A DNA stretch of 55,363 nucleotides, counting the filler, from Catajapyx aquilonaris (taxonomy: Eukaryota): the NCBI GenBank assembly GCA_000934665.2. It is 2 parts of 2 records of this genome, joined end to end, with 100 filler letters (N's around TTAATTAATTAA, not from the genome) between each part and the next. Parts side by side here need not be neighbours in the genome. Positions count along the whole stretch, not along the records: positions 27,719 to 55,363 come from KZ539272.1; 1 more part is not named here. One strand, written 5' to 3'. The notes beneath the pieces are model-generated. The model was not told the origin of the DNA. It saw only the letters and a list, made by a program, of their open reading frames with translations, and ran no database searches. Positions 51,895 through 55,363 of this stretch are shown in pieces. Both the position numbers and the translations under genes were made by a program. Within the stretch, counting starts at the first letter, position 1, and each line of letters begins with the position of its first letter.

Positions 51895-52150
51895 CCTCAT
51901 GTGTGCATCCTTCCTTGCAGCCACATGATATGAGTTCTCTGCAAAGCCTTCCAGGTGTCCCTTGCAGTCCTTCTGCCTCTTCCCTCATAAAAAGAGACAA
52001 TCTCGCACCCAGTTATTGCGTGAAACATTGGGAAGGCGTTACAACCACAAGGACCCACATCTCTTGATCATTCATCAAGTCATCAGTGGCAAAAAGAACA
52101 AATAGTTCTTCCCAACTCCAAATGCAATACAAGGTACAGTAGTTCTGCCA
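51895..52150 (-). pseudogene. Inverted, internally deleted copy of the Academ transposase 3' region
   Basis: Reverse complement of ~53476-53660 and ~54215-54268; FHAITGCEIVSF and ELISCGC motifs. Confidence 0.8.
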
Positions 52151-52386
52151 TGTTTATTGGAATGACCGATCACTATTTTATTGACTCTACATTGAATCAC
52201 AGACACGTAATGGAGATATGGATATTTCTTTAGAATGATAGTAAGAAAGCATATCCTCCAGCTCTGTCGAATCTAGTGATGGGTCTACTAAGAACCAGAA
52301 CAAAGCTAGATTTATTGATATGCCTCTCATAACTCACACCCGAAAAAACACTAGGCCCTACTCTGAAACTATAACAACCCAATTAA

Positions 52387-53303
52387 AGGGACACTCCAGT
52401 CTGAAGACAAGTTGATGTCTAAAAATCAGGCAAAAAATCCTGACTCCAACGCAAAAATCCGTTTGTCTCAAAACAGAACCGTAAGGCCCGGACAGAAGGT
52501 CAAAGTTGGCAGCATTCGTATCCCCCGCTTGCGGAGTGACGTCACGGGAGGCGTGCCATTTGCCGACTCGCCGTAAGTGGCGCCTCACTTGGCTGGGTGG
52601 CGAAACGACGACCGGACACATGCCTGGCGCGCTTGATTGAAAATGTATAAATGTTAATGCGGCGGATCCAAGCGCAACAAAAGACAAATTTTTTCCAACC
52701 TACTGGGTGGGGTTGGAACCCCACCTGGATTATAGGGAGTTATTTTTCCTCCACGGGGCTGGAATTGGTAGGGGAGAAGCCCGTGCCAGCTAGGCTCCAT
52801 GTAGCCCGCTCCTTCCCCACTGGGGCCACTGCCAACCTCGGCGGGATCCTCCACATCACTTGCGACAGCATTTGACGCATTTATTTACAGCTGCAATTAC
52901 ATATCAGCCGGTACTACCAGTACTTACCGGTATACTAGTCTCCTCCGTGTGACTACAACTTGCTCTCGACCGCCCGGGCGCCGCCATCTTGGGATTAATG
53001 GACATAAATAGCAGCAAAGTAGCAGCTAATTGTAGATGCGCATACAATAACGCTTAGGTCCATCCCAAAGGTGTAACCGCTTGGAGCAGGCGGCGACACT
53101 CCCGAATATGAAAAACCCTCGGAAAAACCGCATTGAAACTGGCATTCCCCGCGTGGCGGCTCTGCTTGGTTAGCAGACGGCGAGGATTTGACCCCACGAA
53201 TGGGGTTACGGTTCTGTTTTGAGACTAACAGATTTTTGCGTTGGAGTCAGGATTTTTTGCCTGATTTTTAGACATCAACTTGTCTTCAGACTGGAGTGTC
53301 CCT
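52387..53303. mobile_element. Kolobok-type non-autonomous element
   Basis: TTAA|AGGGACACTCCAG...CTGGAGTGTCCCT|TTAA with ~97-bp TIRs; splits the Academ coding remnant. Confidence 0.88.
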
Positions 53304-53751
53304 TTAACCATCCTCGACGGTGCTGCAATTGCCATTATGCTGAGACCAGGATTAGCAAAAACCAACGAAGATTCTGCCAGTACTGTGTTCATACAGGACG
53401 TCAAATCTCAGCTAGAATAAAAATTATTACAGTATGTAACACGGCTAGATAATTATATAATCCGTGATGACTATGAAGAACTACGGATTGCATTTGAAGT
53501 TGATGGGAAGAATTTCCCATTCTTTGCTGCTGATGGATTATCAAGAGATTTGGATCCTGGTGGTTGCAATGCCTTCCCGAGGTTTTACGCAATAACTGGG
53601 TGCGAGATTGTCTCTTTTTATGGAGGAAGATACAGAATGACTGCATGGGACATACCTGGAATGCATGCAGCGGAAATGTCACAGAGGCTATTTGTGCATT
53701 TGGCTCACAGGCATAATAAACTAGAAAGAAACGCTGAACCACTACACTGTC

Positions 53752-53849
53752 CAGTGGCGGATCTATGGGGGGGGGGGGGNNNNNNNNNNNNNNNNNNNNN
53801 NNNNNNNNNNNNNNNNNNNNNNNNNNNNNNNNNNNNNNNNNNNNNNNNN

Positions 53850-53881
<32 letters not shown>

Positions 53882-53936
53882 AGCTCGGCGACAAATCACC
53901 CCCCCCCCCCAACAACGACGCCTAGATCCGCCACTG
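53752..53936. mobile_element. hAT-type MITE (contains a gap)
   Basis: ACACTGTC|CAGTGGCGGATCTA...TAGATCCGCCACTG|ACACTGTC, perfect 8-bp TSD. Confidence 0.92.
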
Positions 53937-54759
53937 ACACTGTCACTGGAGAGAACGGTTTTGCTCTATGACCGTACTAGTAGCGACGAATAATATGTTA
54001 ATTAAGCAAAAAATGCCAATTTAGTTTGAGAGTTAGAGCAATATTATGCGGACAATATACCTCCCACGCAATATGCACTCATTCAGCATATAAAGAGAGA
54101 TGTCTACCAGGCTGGTTACTATACGGGTCTTAAAACGACAGCTTCCATCGCCACATGATTGGGTTGGAAGAAGGATGAAGATGGACAGAAAATTTCGTGG
54201 ATAACCCTACCAGAGGCATTGAAGAGAACTCATATCATGTGGCTGCGAGGAAAGATGCACACTTGAGGATGGGAGGGGTGGTTATTACAATTAATGGGTT
54301 TGAGGGATAGCATCAATATTTATTTAATCATGAACAATAAAATAAAAGAGGTAATCCAAGACACTGCATGCGCATCGAATAAACAACTATCAATAATATT
54401 GTGAATGATTTTATTTTATTCACTCGACTACCCCAATAAAATGACATTTATTTATGTATTTAACTTATTTATGTATTTATTTATTTATCCGTTACCCCGA
54501 TGGGCAGTGGCAATTGGGAAAAGGCTGCGAATGATACCATAAATGCTCACAAAAAATGCTCTCCTGTGTACAATTCTCAACCGACGGACTTCTAATAAAT
54601 GCCAAAATGTCCAGAATAACGCCCGCGACAATGCCTACAGGAAGTATTTTCTGCTATACCTCAAGGGGGAGCAGCAAAACGTGACTAAAGCGAAATGTTC
54701 TCTGAAATTTGGTAAGTTGCTTGGCGTATTGTTCTATTCTTCCTCCATGCCGTTTGCCC

Positions 54760-55363
54760 CGCGAAGCGGGGCAAACCAAAGATTACTGGAGACTTCTTGA
54801 TCCGGAAGGCGTCGCCCTGGCTGCCATCTTTAATGTGTGTCTCCTTCACCGCCGTATTCCTGACCCTTGGCGACAGTCTATTACCGTTCTTATCCCCAAG
54901 AAAGGTGACCTCGGGAATCCTTCCAATTGGAGGCCCATTGCAGTATCTCGTACAATAAATAAATTGTATTCGGGATGCTGAGCGGTGCGGCTGGGACGTT
55001 GGCTTGAGACTTACACAGTCCTTCACTCGGCGCAAAAGGGTTTCCTGCCATTTGATGGAGTGATGGAGCACAATTTTGTCTTTCAACAGCGCATGGGGGA
55101 AGCCAGAAGGAACAGGACCGACCTTTGTGCTGGGTGGCTTGACTTCTCTGCGGCCTACACTTCAATACCTCACGGGGCCCTTCGGGCAGCACTAGATGCA
55201 GCTGGGACTGGAGAAACCTTCGGAGACATCGTGACCGACTTTTGCAGCAGCGGATCTACCAGGATCATCACGGAGGGAGGCCTCACTTGTCCTGTTCCCG
55301 TCAACAATGGCATACGCCAAGGTGACCCGCTTTCATGCCTCCTTTTCAACTTGGCGATCGATG
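54760..55363 (+). pseudogene. 5'-truncated non-LTR retrotransposon reverse transcriptase (NeSL/Utopia-like), runs off the window
   Basis: LIPKKGD...NWRPIA, QKGFLPFDGVMEHNF, WLDFSAAYTSIPH, GIRQGDPLSCLLFNLAID; one in-frame TGA at 54979-54981. Confidence 0.92.

Larger units (their letters stand above)
52160..54262 (+). pseudogene. AcademX-type transposase remnant (XPG/PIN-like nuclease and Cys-rich end), interrupted by Kolobok and hAT MITEs
   Basis: LYIESQTRNGD, AYPPALS, KLDLLICL, ILDGAAIAIMLRPG, FYAITGCEIVSFYG, VLLYDRTSS, IPPTQYALIQHIKR..YQAG, LPSPHDW, WITLPEA, ELISCGC. Confidence 0.85.

Overview
Eukaryotic, repeat-rich genomic DNA, probably from an arthropod. The window is two pieces joined by an artificial 100-nt spacer (N44-TTAATTAATTAA-N44, 27619-27718). 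The same repeat families occur on both sides, so both pieces probably come from one genome, but they may not be adjacent. The left piece (1-27618) has no host exon I can support: it is transposon debris alternating with TE-free non-coding islands. The right piece holds the last two coding exons of BLTP1/KIAA1109/tweek (+) and a convergent 5-exon gene (-) with consistent splice phases, encoding a highly divergent RhoGAP-fold protein that lacks the canonical arginine-finger motif. The ORF track misses both BLTP1 exons and shows only fragments of the RhoGAP-like gene. The rest is nested MITEs (Tc1/mariner, hAT, Sola-, Academ-, Kolobok-, piggyBac-, PIF- and P-like), tRNA-derived SINEs sharing one 3' tail, a Helitron and a truncated non-LTR RT. 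The main recurring structure is fold-back elements made of one transposon end duplicated in inverted orientation, four of them including transposase coding sequence. Family assignments come from motif recognition by eye, not database searches.
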